A DNA stretch of 64,000 nt. It comes from a virus. The stretch lies in IMG/VR virus record IMGVR_UViG_3300038856_000064, positions 1 to 64,000 of that record. One strand, 5' to 3'. Positions 44,145 to 54,918 of the stretch are shown here, piece by piece (position 1 is the stretch's first letter; each line of letters opens with the position of its first letter). The translations under genes were made by a program, and so were the position numbers. The notes beneath the pieces are model-generated. The model worked only from the letters and a program-made list of their open reading frames with translations. It was not told the origin of the DNA and did no database searches.

Positions 44145-44460
44145 AATTGTAATGCATGACCGTAGCTCGTTGACCACTTGGACCTATGTTAGAAGATGCC
44201 CACGTTTGTGTGGGTGCAAAATAACCTGACGGGACAGGGATAGAGGAAGCTTCCTCCTTAATCTCATCACGAAGCTCATATGGGGTTCCGTAAACTAGTT
44301 TATTAAATAAAGCTTCTAGATGATCTACTTTGTCCTTATTCTCCCTGCGAAGACTTTCAATAATCTCACCTATTCCTAAGACTAAATCACCCGCATCAAC
44401 GGGCTTAGTCTTCTTTATATTATCGATGACCTTATTGCCGACATCTCGTAAATCTTCCAT
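44131..44460 (-). CDS. hypothetical protein
   Basis: ORF. Confidence 0.7.
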   Translation of the reverse strand: MEDLRDVGNKVIDNIKKTKPVDAGDLVLGIGEIIESLRRENKDKVDHLEALFNKLVYGTPYELRDEIKEEASSIPVPSGYFAPTQTWASSNIGPSGQRATVMHYNYGSN

Positions 44461-44773
44461 TGTCTACCTTAGTAAAAACAGGGCGCTCGTCCTGAGCGCG
44501 TTTCTGCAACCAAACATCATCAATTGAAACTCCCCAACCTGCATAATCAATCCAATAATCTAATGGAATAATTCTGTAACCTAGTTGGGCATATGCTTCT
44601 TCTAACTCATCTAGAATATGAAACAACTCTAGGTCTTGTATAGTAAACCACTTACCTCGTATCAAGATTCTGTCACTACCGAGTACGCTGGCCAAATATC
44701 CGATAGACGAGGCAACATGGCGATACTCCTCTACTATTTTATCATGCCGCCTTTTACGAATCCACGAGATCAT
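44432..44773 (-). CDS. hypothetical protein
   Basis: ORF. Confidence 0.7.
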   Translation of the reverse strand: MISWIRKRRHDKIVEEYRHVASSIGYLASVLGSDRILIRGKWFTIQDLELFHILDELEEAYAQLGYRIIPLDYWIDYAGWGVSIDDVWLQKRAQDERPVFTKVDNGRFTRCRQ

Positions 44774-44981
44774 CTAGAGGTATTCTCTTAGCTGGTTCAT
44801 AAAGGAACACAGATTCCATCCAACGCTTTTTAAAAATAAACTCTATGCCTTCATGCTCAACCATCACTGGTGGCACAATATTTCCAAGCTCATTAGGATA
44901 ACACTCGCGACTTAATATAGCAACGACTGCCTGATCCTCGCCCTTGGTCAGGAGTAGCTGAAGCTTTTTACTTTTGCTCAT
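44754..44981 (-). CDS. hypothetical protein
   Basis: ORF. Confidence 0.65.
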   Translation of the reverse strand: MSKSKKLQLLLTKGEDQAVVAILSRECYPNELGNIVPPVMVEHEGIEFIFKKRWMESVFLYEPAKRIPLDDLVDS

Positions 44982-45825
44982 AAGGAATGCCAGCCTCTCC
45001 CTTTATAGTCTTGCGGTATTGACACCATCCCTTAAAGTTACCACTCCATTCATTAGGATTGGCTAGTGGCGTTCCAATGTGTTCGAACGGACTAAGATGT
45101 CTACTGTCCCATAAACGTTGATAGAGTGCTATATCTACATCTAGATCTGGTTTCTTTTTATCGTGAGTCAGGTATGATACACGAGCACATCTAGCAACAG
45201 AAGCCTTTATTAGGCTCCCTTCATTTTTAAGCTCGCCACTTGTCTTACGATTACCGGGAGCGAAGCGCTCCTCATCTAGAATATAAGGTAGGTGCCATTG
45301 GCCCGGATTAAGGCGGCGCGGAGTATTAGAGAAATACAAATCCCTCATTTGATCTGCTAGTTGTTTGATTTCTGGTTGCGCATCAGGATGACATCTAAGC
45401 GCAAAGAAGTTGTCAAATTCAGTGGCAGTTAAGACCACAGATATATGCGACCAAGGCTCAAGGTAACGATTGACGACTTGTTTATGTAGCCCCATACTTT
45501 CGAGCGATCTACAGATAGCTAGTATAGACTCCAACCCCTGCAATACAAGCTCTTGACAAGCCTTAGACGAGAAGGCGTCCATCTCTTTCTTAGCCTGCAT
45601 TCCCTTTTGGTTTAAACCCCAATGAATAGGGAGTGCTGGCTCATGTTCGATGCTATCAAACATACGCTTGGCTGGAATAGCCCTACTAGAAGACGCATTG
45701 CGCGAGAACAACCTATGCGTCATTAGCTCCGCATGAATGAACCGCGGATAACGCAACTGAAACGTTGTCAGTCTGGCTCTAGTTGGACTAATAGAGTCCT
45801 CAATAATCTTTGCCTCGATGACCAT
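44968..45825 (-). CDS. thyX: flavin-dependent thymidylate synthase
   Basis: ELMTHRLFSRNASSSRAIP, ARCARVSY, HLSPFEH. Confidence 0.92.
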   Translation of the reverse strand: MVIEAKIIEDSISPTRARLTTFQLRYPRFIHAELMTHRLFSRNASSSRAIPAKRMFDSIEHEPALPIHWGLNQKGMQAKKEMDAFSSKACQELVLQGLESILAICRSLESMGLHKQVVNRYLEPWSHISVVLTATEFDNFFALRCHPDAQPEIKQLADQMRDLYFSNTPRRLNPGQWHLPYILDEERFAPGNRKTSGELKNEGSLIKASVARCARVSYLTHDKKKPDLDVDIALYQRLWDSRHLSPFEHIGTPLANPNEWSGNFKGWCQYRKTIKGEAGIPYEQK

Positions 45826-45828
45826 TGA

Positions 45829-46056
45829 TCAGATATCTCCTGGGTGCCCGTAACTCTTAAGCTTTGCATTGGCTCTTTCGAGACGCTCTTCGGTCTCGTC
45901 AACTTTCCACTTAAGTTCGTCATGCTTCGCAATAATCTGATTGCGTTGTTCCCTAGCCTGATTACGCTCACGAATAATTTGAACTATATCATCAGCATCG
46001 AAAATTTCTGTTGTGTCATCGATTATAACTTTGATTTTATTTTTTCCAAACATCAT
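45829..46056 (-). CDS. coiled-coil protein
   Basis: AGGAGG SD. Confidence 0.75.
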   Translation of the reverse strand: MMFGKNKIKVIIDDTTEIFDADDIVQIIRERNQAREQRNQIIAKHDELKWKVDETEERLERANAKLKSYGHPGDI

Positions 46057-46128
46057 ATCCTCCTACCCTTATTATGTGTCAATTAGTCTTTTTCGTGCGA
46101 TCTTTTCGCCCTACAGAGTCATAGGGTG

Positions 46129-46572
46129 TCATCGCTTTCTCCAGTCATAGTCATCCATTATCCTATCAACAAAACCTGGACCGCGTGTCCTTACTCGATT
46201 ATACTTATCGTCACCACGTTCGAAATCGTCAGGATCTAACTCGCCATGCGCAATTTCTAGGATGACGGCAGGATCTTTTTGTTCGGATGGCACTGCAAAT
46301 CTATGCCACTCTCCAGCCTTGATCCTATAGCTGGCGGTTCTACTACCCCTATCCTTGCGGAATGTTGTAGCTCCATGGGTTATTTCAACAGATCCATCTA
46401 GAAGAGTAATTAATTCATGTCTTCTTGAATGGCGCTGAAGTGATGTCTCTTCGCCTGGATTGATATAAAGCAGCTTTACTGCATAGTCTTTTTCTTGGGC
46501 AACTATAGTATAATATCCCCATGGACGATTGACTATAGAGCCGACCTTTACTTCGCTATCTTCAGTGGTCAT
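46129..46572 (-). CDS. cupin, type II phosphomannose isomerase C-terminal-like
   Basis: RPWG.Y, SLQRH.RR.E, HR, EI..G..DD..R..D.Y.R. Confidence 0.85.
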   Translation of the reverse strand: MTTEDSEVKVGSIVNRPWGYYTIVAQEKDYAVKLLYINPGEETSLQRHSRRHELITLLDGSVEITHGATTFRKDRGSRTASYRIKAGEWHRFAVPSEQKDPAVILEIAHGELDPDDFERGDDKYNRVRTRGPGFVDRIMDDYDWRKR

Positions 46573-47000
46573 AGCTCCACCAATTCTAGGCCAGCTTCGC
46601 GAGCCATACCTACGGAAAAGTCAAGAGACTCACCCCAGCGTTGTCTTAGTTCTTCACTAGGTGTCGGATAGACTACTCTCTTTATACCAGCCTGAATAAC
46701 CATTTTCATGCACCCCTCACAGGGGCTTAGGGGATAAGTAAAGAGAGTGCATCCGTCAACCGGACCGTTGCTATTAAGTATCGAATTTACTTCGGCGTGT
46801 ATGACATACCTGTATTTCAGCTCTCGATTATGTAGGCGCTCGTCACTATCATTTATGCCAGTTGCGAAACCATTATAACCGATTCCTACAACCTTTTTGT
46901 CTCGCGTTATAACGGCTCCTACTTTAGTACTTGGGTCCTTGCTCCAATGGCTTACGTGCTTCGCTAGTTCGAGAAACCTCTTATCCCATTTTGTATTCAT
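46569..47000 (-). CDS. dCMP deaminase
   Basis: SKDPSTKVGA, GYNG, HAE, PCEGC. Confidence 0.93.
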   Translation of the reverse strand: MNTKWDKRFLELAKHVSHWSKDPSTKVGAVITRDKKVVGIGYNGFATGINDSDERLHNRELKYRYVIHAEVNSILNSNGPVDGCTLFTYPLSPCEGCMKMVIQAGIKRVVYPTPSEELRQRWGESLDFSVGMAREAGLELVEL

Positions 47001-49030
47001 ACTATATCTATCGCCTTCCATCGGCCATATTCCGAAAATGCCCTTGGGCTAGCTGGTTGTACCGAATCCATAAAGTCTCGATATTCCCTGGCAAGATCTG
47101 ATATCTCTTGACCAAAGAAGTTAGAGTTATTCGCCACAACCTCCAGTACGGGCATGGCCCATAGGATTAATCCGCCGGCAGGCTTAAACTTATTGGGATC
47201 AAGATACTCTTCTGGAGTCAATGCCGTGCCATCCGGGAGCCATTTGACGCCCTGTCCAATTTCTAGATTAGTCAATACACCATTTGATCTAGTTGCTCTG
47301 TATCCGTAAGTTACTATTGTAGTAGCCCAAGCAACTAGTAGATCTTTGACCTCTTGGTTGTGGGTTACATTATAAAGTGCAACCATACCAGCCAAACCCA
47401 ACCCCTCGTTCCAAGGAACCCAGGCGTCCACCTCCCTACCAAGGACACGATCATCGGCAATGTGAGCCCAATTTCTTACTGGAGCGATATTGGCACCATC
47501 CCAAGTGGACTTAATAACCTCATGAAAACGCTCAAGCATATGACTCTTTATGTCTTTACGATTGGTTAATAGGTGATGATTAACCATTGCATGGTGCGGT
47601 CTACCAAAGCCTCGTGCCTCGCGACGACCATTAGTCGACCAACCAGGAAATTCGCTAGGTAAGGTATGTCCAGCTAGAAATAACTCTATTTCATTATCGA
47701 CTTCGTCACGCAATAAGTAAGAGCCCGTTAGTAGTGACGCCAAAGATAACAAGTTACTAGAGTGATGCTGCCAATCCTTACCGTTCCAGCCATGAGAATG
47801 GCCACCAAAGTTAGGATTCGTTTTACCTAGACGATCGGTAGATATACTAGTATGCCAATGAGTCGTTCCAGCCCAGGTAACCCATCGCGGATGATTTGCA
47901 TGAGTCACAGGAGAGGCATCTGTCTCATAAAAATGTGACGGACGCTTAGTTTCTTCAGTCGCCATAAAATAATAGGCATCTACTAATTCTGACGCACCTA
48001 GATACAATATCTCAGGACCTTCTAGTGTGCCAAAGTCACGCTGACCACCAGTTTGTCCAGGGGTCATGGTCACGCCTAATGGATAATCATCCCACACATT
48101 ACCCTGACTATCTATGAATTGATTAAAATTACTATAAGCCTGCATGGCTTGTTCCCATGTCTTGTGCGACTCTGGCTCGGGAATGACCCCGAATGCCGCA
48201 AAAGCCTTAGTGTCTTTCCAGTCAGTTGACATTCCATTTAGTGGGAAGTTAATGGCGGCTAGCGCATTAGCTATTTGGTCACTGTTTTGAAAGTCAATTG
48301 TTGGTATGATTTCCCCATACCATGTTTGTTTTTGTCCATCACCGAAGTGGTCGGCTTCCATTAGCGTGAATCTTTGGTGCGGCCTTGTCATCTTGACGCC
48401 ACGACGCTGACTAGCCTGAATATTTGCTAGGTTTGTATTACCTGCGAAAAAACTAATAGCCTCAAAGGGGTATTCGAACAAGGCATTATCTGGATTAGAG
48501 CCAGTTATTGACAATTCAAATTTTACCAATTGTTGTCGTGACATAACATAGTATTTTATGTCAGCAATAAAGTTTCCCATACGTAAGCGAGATTGAAATA
48601 CCTTACGTAACCTATTATCTTCTAGAAGGGTTAGGTTGTTACCAAACTGAGTCCATTTCCAAGCTCCGCTAACCTTTATACCAAGGGATGGTGCATTCAC
48701 CCCAAGCCCCTTTAGTAGCTGTGGAGAAAACCTAAAGCCTAGTTTCTTTTGTGGCTGTCCCTCGGTTAGACTATGGGTTTGTGTCTCCCAGGCGTGCATA
48801 TCAAGCCGCGCGAGTAGCCTACCATAGCGAACGCTACCATCGGGCCAGCGCTTACCGAACGGCTCCACGACGGCGTCCGTTTCGTTACCAAGGTCACTCT
48901 TGAGGATCAGCGATTTTTCACCATCCCATTCACCCTGATCAAATGGAACTGTTGCGTATGCGATTTCCTTTCGAGGAAAATCAGACAGGTTGGGATATCT
49001 AATACTTTTATTGATCATGATTTTCCTCAT
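46997..49030 (-). CDS. large protein with YetA/rhamnogalacturonan-lyase-like N-terminal domain
   Basis: VPF..G and RWPDGSVRY motifs; helical aromatic-rich C-terminal half. Confidence 0.55.
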   Translation of the reverse strand: MRKIMINKSIRYPNLSDFPRKEIAYATVPFDQGEWDGEKSLILKSDLGNETDAVVEPFGKRWPDGSVRYGRLLARLDMHAWETQTHSLTEGQPQKKLGFRFSPQLLKGLGVNAPSLGIKVSGAWKWTQFGNNLTLLEDNRLRKVFQSRLRMGNFIADIKYYVMSRQQLVKFELSITGSNPDNALFEYPFEAISFFAGNTNLANIQASQRRGVKMTRPHQRFTLMEADHFGDGQKQTWYGEIIPTIDFQNSDQIANALAAINFPLNGMSTDWKDTKAFAAFGVIPEPESHKTWEQAMQAYSNFNQFIDSQGNVWDDYPLGVTMTPGQTGGQRDFGTLEGPEILYLGASELVDAYYFMATEETKRPSHFYETDASPVTHANHPRWVTWAGTTHWHTSISTDRLGKTNPNFGGHSHGWNGKDWQHHSSNLLSLASLLTGSYLLRDEVDNEIELFLAGHTLPSEFPGWSTNGRREARGFGRPHHAMVNHHLLTNRKDIKSHMLERFHEVIKSTWDGANIAPVRNWAHIADDRVLGREVDAWVPWNEGLGLAGMVALYNVTHNQEVKDLLVAWATTIVTYGYRATRSNGVLTNLEIGQGVKWLPDGTALTPEEYLDPNKFKPAGGLILWAMPVLEVVANNSNFFGQEISDLAREYRDFMDSVQPASPRAFSEYGRWKAIDIV

Positions 49031-49238
49031 TATGCTTTATAACCTGATCCATTTCGTCACGACAAAGGTCCCCACGTTTGATGGCAAGTTTATGCATCTT
49101 GGTTATAATATTATGTAATACCGTAGCCTCTTTTGTGATACTAGAGCTTACGACCTCATTAGCCTTTACTAAAAGATTATTTAGACGCCGCACGAGCGCC
49201 TTATCACTCTCGCCTCAACGTCTTTTGAATTTCATTTC

Positions 49239-50216
49239 TTACTCATCAGCATCTTCGTCATACTCACACATGTCACAGGCTGCTGTTGCTGCTATAACAA
49301 GTTTTGTTTTGGGTTGGGTATGAAAACCAATTGTTCTGATCGGATTTGTTGTTGTAGTTCCACCAGACGTAGCCTTGTAATAAACCTCTAATACTACACG
49401 ACACCAGGTACCACATTCGTCTACCTCAACATCTATCTTGTAGACCTTAGTGTCGGATTGATAATCAGGATTTGGGATGGTTCCATTTGGGTCTTCTGGA
49501 TCTGGAATAGTGGGTGGATTCTTCTCGTCTGTTACATCCTCCGCACCGTCGTTACTCCCAGACACATTATCGTTCTGTAGGGCATTTGAGTGCGTGGTCG
49601 GAGGATTGCCTACTACATTTGGACCCAGCGCACTCGTTAAATCACTACCTGTTCCAGTAAACGTTGTATTATTGGCACCACCAGTGAGTGCTCGTAATCC
49701 AGCCTCAGTAATGTTGCCAGTTGGTGCCACGGTTAACCAAACTTCCCAGGACCCCGTAGCCGTGCATGATGACTCAGATGTCTGAGCCGAACAATCCTTA
49801 CTCTGATCTCCACCAAGATCAACGATCTTAATATTGATTGCCTTGTACGCATCTACACCTTCGTTATCTTCATTCTCGTCGCGCTGGTCATCTTCAGATG
49901 GTGCATGGCCTCCACCTCCTGGTGGATCAATAACTGGAGAGCCTGGATTTTGCGGAGGATGTAGTTCGCCCTGTGGCCACTTTGACCATCCGCCAGGTAA
50001 CGCGCCCGCTTGGTTATAAGAAGTTGGATTACTAAGCCCCATATCACCATCGCCAGCATCACCCCCGCCAGGCTTTTCGTGCAAGTTGGGAGAAGAGCCA
50101 TTACCGCATGTTTGTGGTGCTGTTGGAGCAGAGCCAATACCTCCAGCAGGGTTCGGGGCGCCATCAGTCATCCACCCTACAGTCATTCCTACATAAGTAT
50201 CACATTTAGTTCCCAT
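49239..50216 (-). CDS. acidic Gly/Pro/Cys-rich hypothetical protein
   Basis: AGGAG SD; low-complexity N-terminal half. Confidence 0.75.
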   Translation of the reverse strand: MGTKCDTYVGMTVGWMTDGAPNPAGGIGSAPTAPQTCGNGSSPNLHEKPGGGDAGDGDMGLSNPTSYNQAGALPGGWSKWPQGELHPPQNPGSPVIDPPGGGGHAPSEDDQRDENEDNEGVDAYKAINIKIVDLGGDQSKDCSAQTSESSCTATGSWEVWLTVAPTGNITEAGLRALTGGANNTTFTGTGSDLTSALGPNVVGNPPTTHSNALQNDNVSGSNDGAEDVTDEKNPPTIPDPEDPNGTIPNPDYQSDTKVYKIDVEVDECGTWCRVVLEVYYKATSGGTTTTNPIRTIGFHTQPKTKLVIAATAACDMCEYDEDADE

Positions 50217-50228
50217 TTTATCTCCTAA

Positions 50229-53200
50229 TTAAATTTCGCAAGTATCATTATTACAATAGCGTTCGCCCTGCGCCTTTCCACCCCGTAGTGATGTCAAGCG
50301 CAACTTCTTAAGATCTTTTGAATACTCCTTATAGTCTTCTTCTGAACACTCTTGATAGGGCGCCTGTGAATAACTATGATCCTTGAGTGGCAGAAAACTA
50401 AGGGTCTTTACGTAAGAAGCCAAGTATTCAATAGCACTCTTGAGATCCCGCACCTCCTCTGGCCTGAATGTCACAGTAATACTAACTGAATTATCTGACC
50501 ACTTGTCTTGTAGTTCGCGAGCCAGACTAAGTTGTTCCCATAGAGAAATGTCAAACTTGCTCTTAGTGAAGTTCTTTTCTTCTACGGGAAAATAGACTAC
50601 TAGAGAGCCGCCGTGATCTCCGAATGCTTCTAAGGTTTCACCTGTCAGTCCATCCTTCATGTCACGTTCCCAATCTGCCGAACTACCTCCAGCAGCCTCA
50701 TATATTTCTTGATCAGTAGCTGCAAGCTCAATACGATAACCTGCGTTTATCAATTTATTGACAAGGGGGTGTTTAGCGGAGATACGGAATGTACGAAGGT
50801 AATATTTAGAATGGGTGCAATGAACACCGGGAGTCGCACCAGCCAGTAATGACACAGTCCCACTTGGTTTTACGGTGGTAACCTTAATTGAGGTAGGGAT
50901 ACCGAGCCATCTAGAATAGATTCTATCCCAATGTCTTACAACATCATAGCCCTTATCACAAAAATCCCCAAAGAATTCAGCAAAACCAAACTTCTTAAGC
51001 GCCTGTTGAACACCGGACATGGAAAGTCCAATGCGACGATTACTTAACATAACCTGATTAGTCAGTTGATTATGTGTCGGTACTAATGTTACGGTTTTTG
51101 CATACATAAACGCAAACTTTAGAGTTTCGTGATATTCCTCTGCGGATTCATGATTAGCTGGGAATGTTTCCACTAGGCAACATAGTTCACCGTGCCTAAG
51201 TCCTTGCTCGCCACAGTTAGACACACTCAATCCGCCCGTCCAATAGGTATGAGACGAATTATCTACTGTAATATCAAATACTTCGTAGTCACCCAGATAT
51301 TCAGTCTCTTGTTTGTTAGTAAATGTTGGGCGATCATTTGGACAATAACCTGCATCTAGACATACCTTAATCTTATCCATCTTGTATTGTTGGATAAAGC
51401 CAATGATGTTATAGAATCGCTCAATATCCTTTGTGATGTTAACATCATAGGATTCCTTACATTCATAGTCACCATTTTTGAATGACACAACCTTAGCTTT
51501 ATTGGTTGTAATATATGACCTTATACCTAGGATTGATAGTGCCAATTGTACATCGCGACCTAGCTGGCGAGATGCTGTCTTATAGGTTACTCTAACTGAG
51601 TTACTACCCTGATTTATAACGCTGCCATCCGCTGTGTATAACCCTCTTAAGAAAGAAGATAGCCTAGACGGATTCTTAAACATTCTTTGGGGAATACTTA
51701 ACTCATAAGACTTCACCTTTTCTTCTACTGTAATAGACGTAGAAACCTGGAGGTGATCACAAGATCCATCTCTCTGAAATCTATTGCCCAAGAATTCCAC
51801 TAGCTCAGACTTAAAATAATCCTTGTCGTCCTTTCCAATAATAAGGACTGGATATTGCTTATTCCTATTTTGTTGTTTCTTATAGTAACCATCCCCAAAA
51901 AACACACCGTCTGCCACGTAATTTGCTAATGGTGCAACTAAATCAGTATGATCCACACCCGCGATAGTCAGCACCTTATCAGCATGCCGAACTTCCTGCT
52001 TGCCTTCGGGAGTCTCAACTCTATGATTGGCTGTACCTGTAAATACCCCGCCAGTTGTGTAATGATTAAAAACTGGCTTAACGCCTGTAGACCACTTATT
52101 CAAGACCTTAGTCCAGCCTTCGCGAGACCAAATTTCATCACCAATCTCGATATCACCCATAGTCCGCAATCCATCCTTAGTGAGAATAGTTGCAAACTCA
52201 GGCTGGCATGGATTAAAGCCATCTACGTCGTCAAACTTGCTACTGGTCTCTGAGCGCCAACCATCCTTTAAGCGGCCATAGTGTCTTGCATTATTTAGAA
52301 ATATAAACCCTGGCTCTCCATTCTTCGCAACAGATTTTATAACATTACTGAAGTCACTATCTGGTGTAACAAAAATCGAATTATTAGATGCCCAACGACG
52401 ATCGTTAAGTTCTGCTTTGTAAAGCTCTGGATCCTTCATTCGAATAAAATCCGAATCATCTTCTTCACCAATAGCGATCTCGGCACCGCGACGCACATTG
52501 CCAGATACAACAAACTTTCCGATAAAATTCATGATGTCTGTGATATCTACTGATGTAAGGGTGTTGCCAACACGGGCATCTAGTAGTTTACGAATTGACT
52601 CTATACCTTTCTTAAGGGGTTCGGGACCACATGCGATACCACCGAAGCCCTTAATTGGTTCACCAGCTTTACGAATATTGTCATAACAGAAAAGAACCTT
52701 GGTCTGGTTTGGCTTACTATACGATTCTAACAATCGCTTAAGGGCTTCAACCCAACCCTCTCTAGTGTCAGGGATATCATAAACATCTCCAATGACTAAT
52801 CTAGAGTCTGGCCCCGCGCCTTTTACGGGAGCCTGCTCTGTAGTAAGCACGTCTTGTGGCTCATAGACAGTTGCCTTACCTGCGCCCTTGGTATCGAACC
52901 CAACACCGACACCTAGCATCATCATATCAGTCGTCCAAACAAACGGCATAGCGAAGTCACGATGGATGTCACGGGTGCTGATGAATCCGCAATTTTGTAA
53001 ACTGGCAGACCCTATTTTATCAACTACCGAAGTCCCCATAATCCAAAGTCCGCGACCAGGGGGAAGAAATTTAAACTCCCACATTTTTGTAAACATTTTT
53101 TGTGCAGTAGCCTGAGCCTTTTGCGGGTTCCACTCAAGCCCTATTCGCTTACAATGCTTGAACTGAATATTAAAAACACCTTCAACTACACGCTGGCATG

Positions 53201-53342
53201 TTTCCCAATACTCTTCTTGTTGTCCGTTGTCTTTTTCTCTAGCATATGTGCGTTTATACACAAAATAACTTAAGTCCCCAAAACCCCAATTAGGTTGCTT
53301 CCCCTCATACTGACTAATAAATAGATCTGATAACTTAAACAT
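50229..53342 (-). CDS. nrdJ: class II (B12) ribonucleoside-triphosphate reductase with intein
   Basis: PPGRGLW, NC, GNVRR.AE, NPC|GEQ, KPSGT, C-terminal CxxxxC. Confidence 0.95.
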   Translation of the reverse strand: MFKLSDLFISQYEGKQPNWGFGDLSYFVYKRTYAREKDNGQQEEYWETCQRVVEGVFNIQFKHCKRIGLEWNPQKAQATAQKMFTKMWEFKFLPPGRGLWIMGTSVVDKIGSASLQNCGFISTRDIHRDFAMPFVWTTDMMMLGVGVGFDTKGAGKATVYEPQDVLTTEQAPVKGAGPDSRLVIGDVYDIPDTREGWVEALKRLLESYSKPNQTKVLFCYDNIRKAGEPIKGFGGIACGPEPLKKGIESIRKLLDARVGNTLTSVDITDIMNFIGKFVVSGNVRRGAEIAIGEEDDSDFIRMKDPELYKAELNDRRWASNNSIFVTPDSDFSNVIKSVAKNGEPGFIFLNNARHYGRLKDGWRSETSSKFDDVDGFNPCQPEFATILTKDGLRTMGDIEIGDEIWSREGWTKVLNKWSTGVKPVFNHYTTGGVFTGTANHRVETPEGKQEVRHADKVLTIAGVDHTDLVAPLANYVADGVFFGDGYYKKQQNRNKQYPVLIIGKDDKDYFKSELVEFLGNRFQRDGSCDHLQVSTSITVEEKVKSYELSIPQRMFKNPSRLSSFLRGLYTADGSVINQGSNSVRVTYKTASRQLGRDVQLALSILGIRSYITTNKAKVVSFKNGDYECKESYDVNITKDIERFYNIIGFIQQYKMDKIKVCLDAGYCPNDRPTFTNKQETEYLGDYEVFDITVDNSSHTYWTGGLSVSNCGEQGLRHGELCCLVETFPANHESAEEYHETLKFAFMYAKTVTLVPTHNQLTNQVMLSNRRIGLSMSGVQQALKKFGFAEFFGDFCDKGYDVVRHWDRIYSRWLGIPTSIKVTTVKPSGTVSLLAGATPGVHCTHSKYYLRTFRISAKHPLVNKLINAGYRIELAATDQEIYEAAGGSSADWERDMKDGLTGETLEAFGDHGGSLVVYFPVEEKNFTKSKFDISLWEQLSLARELQDKWSDNSVSITVTFRPEEVRDLKSAIEYLASYVKTLSFLPLKDHSYSQAPYQECSEEDYKEYSKDLKKLRLTSLRGGKAQGERYCNNDTCEI
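51216..52208 (-). mobile_element. 331-aa intein with LAGLIDADG homing endonuclease
   Basis: starts CQPEFATILT, TANH block B, GVFFGDG and LRGLYTADG, ends VSN before +1 Cys. Confidence 0.92.
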
Positions 53343-54614
53343 TCACTCTCCCCTCGTAAGTCTCTTGGGGTCAAAGATTTTAAATTCGTCAGGACTAGAC
53401 ATTTTTACACGAAGTATTTTCTCTGCTATATTACGAGCACCTAGAAATGCCAGACCAAACTTGTTACGACCGTGACCAATATTAACATAATGTCCAGCAT
53501 AATCTGGAAGCTCACCCATTAATGGTAGACAATCCTCAAGCTCGGTTTCGACATACGTCCACTGATGACTAATTTCCATATGATTAGTAATAGGAAAGTT
53601 GTGCATCATTACATTATCTAGTTGTCCCAATATTCTTTCATTATAACTAGTATCATTTACGTTATATAGGTCAGGATCTCGCTTAAGTCCCACCTTCCCC
53701 CCAGTCATAATTACAGAACGATCATACATACGAACAGAATCTAGTCCACCACCAAGCTCAATTGGCATAAGTGGAAGGGGCATGTCGTCTAGATCAGAAC
53801 TCAATGGCTGTGTTCGTACAGCATGCTCTCTACGGTAAACAATCTTTTCGATCACACGTTCGCATGGCACAGTTTGTGTAGTTGTATGGACAACCTTCCC
53901 GGCGGTTATAGTATGACCATTGGATAGCGTTATGCACGAATTACCATCTGAAGCCACCGAGTTCTTAGTAACCCTGGTATTATATACAACCCATATATTG
54001 TTCTTACGTAGTATACGCGCCAATTTATTACAGTAGGCAAACGGGTCGATCATACCTTCTCCGGGCACAAATAAAGATCCCTTCGTATATGGAACAACCA
54101 TTACATGTTGCGACTCATTATGGTCAAATCTGGCAGGATGAAAACCCCAACTAGATAAAAGTTTAGCACTATCATCCAACTCTTTAGCCTCTTTTGCAGT
54201 CGAAGCCATACGAAACCCGCCATTAAACTCAGCATCGCAAGGTAGCCCCGAACTTATTAATTCTTGTAGTTGTCTGTTATTCCTATTGCTGTAATTATAC
54301 AGCGCGCGAGCGACCTTCTCGCCATGCGCATCCTTCATCGCTTTTGCAGACCTATTACTTCCAAGATAGACACTACCATTCATGCGCCCACTAGCTCTAA
54401 AGGCGGCATACGGACCATCATCTAGAACCATGATCCTTAGGTTCTTACGCCTTTTCTTATTTACTAGGCGTAAGAGCCAGTAAGCCGTACTAATGCCGGC
54501 AAAGCCGGCACCTATAATGACTATATCTGCATAATGTGGGAGTTGAGGTTGGAGTGCGAAGTCTGGTGGAGTAACATCCCACCAGTGACTATACTTCTTC
54601 GTTAATGCACTCAT
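53343..54614 (-). CDS. FAD-dependent oxidoreductase (DAO/PuuB-like)
   Basis: IIGAGFAG, ASGRMNG, DP, P.MG. Confidence 0.85.
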   Translation of the reverse strand: MSALTKKYSHWWDVTPPDFALQPQLPHYADIVIIGAGFAGISTAYWLLRLVNKKRRKNLRIMVLDDGPYAAFRASGRMNGSVYLGSNRSAKAMKDAHGEKVARALYNYSNRNNRQLQELISSGLPCDAEFNGGFRMASTAKEAKELDDSAKLLSSWGFHPARFDHNESQHVMVVPYTKGSLFVPGEGMIDPFAYCNKLARILRKNNIWVVYNTRVTKNSVASDGNSCITLSNGHTITAGKVVHTTTQTVPCERVIEKIVYRREHAVRTQPLSSDLDDMPLPLMPIELGGGLDSVRMYDRSVIMTGGKVGLKRDPDLYNVNDTSYNERILGQLDNVMMHNFPITNHMEISHQWTYVETELEDCLPLMGELPDYAGHYVNIGHGRNKFGLAFLGARNIAEKILRVKMSSPDEFKIFDPKRLTRGE

Positions 54615-54615
54615 A

Positions 54616-54918
54616 TTAATTTAGTGAGAAGTCTTTATGATCAGAGCCCTGTTCGTCATCCAGTTTCATTGCTTGAGCCAATTTTAAAAGATTATCTTTA
54701 GCAAATTTTTCATCTTGACGTTTATACTTAATGACACAGAATTGGCAAACTTCAAGAAATCTTTCCTCACCACGAACCTCTACCGTTTCTTGACTTGGCT
54801 GTGTAAGTGTTCCGTCACTATTCGTATATTTTGTGAGACGATTTTTATTGCACGCTGGACATTTAACGTACTTGAGCGTGGGGATATCTTTAGTTACTTT
54901 GTGTTTCATATCATACAC
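54616..54918 (-). CDS. zinc-binding hypothetical protein
   Basis: CPAC..CQFC. Confidence 0.7.
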   Translation of the reverse strand: MYDMKHKVTKDIPTLKYVKCPACNKNRLTKYTNSDGTLTQPSQETVEVRGEERFLEVCQFCVIKYKRQDEKFAKDNLLKLAQAMKLDDEQGSDHKDFSLN

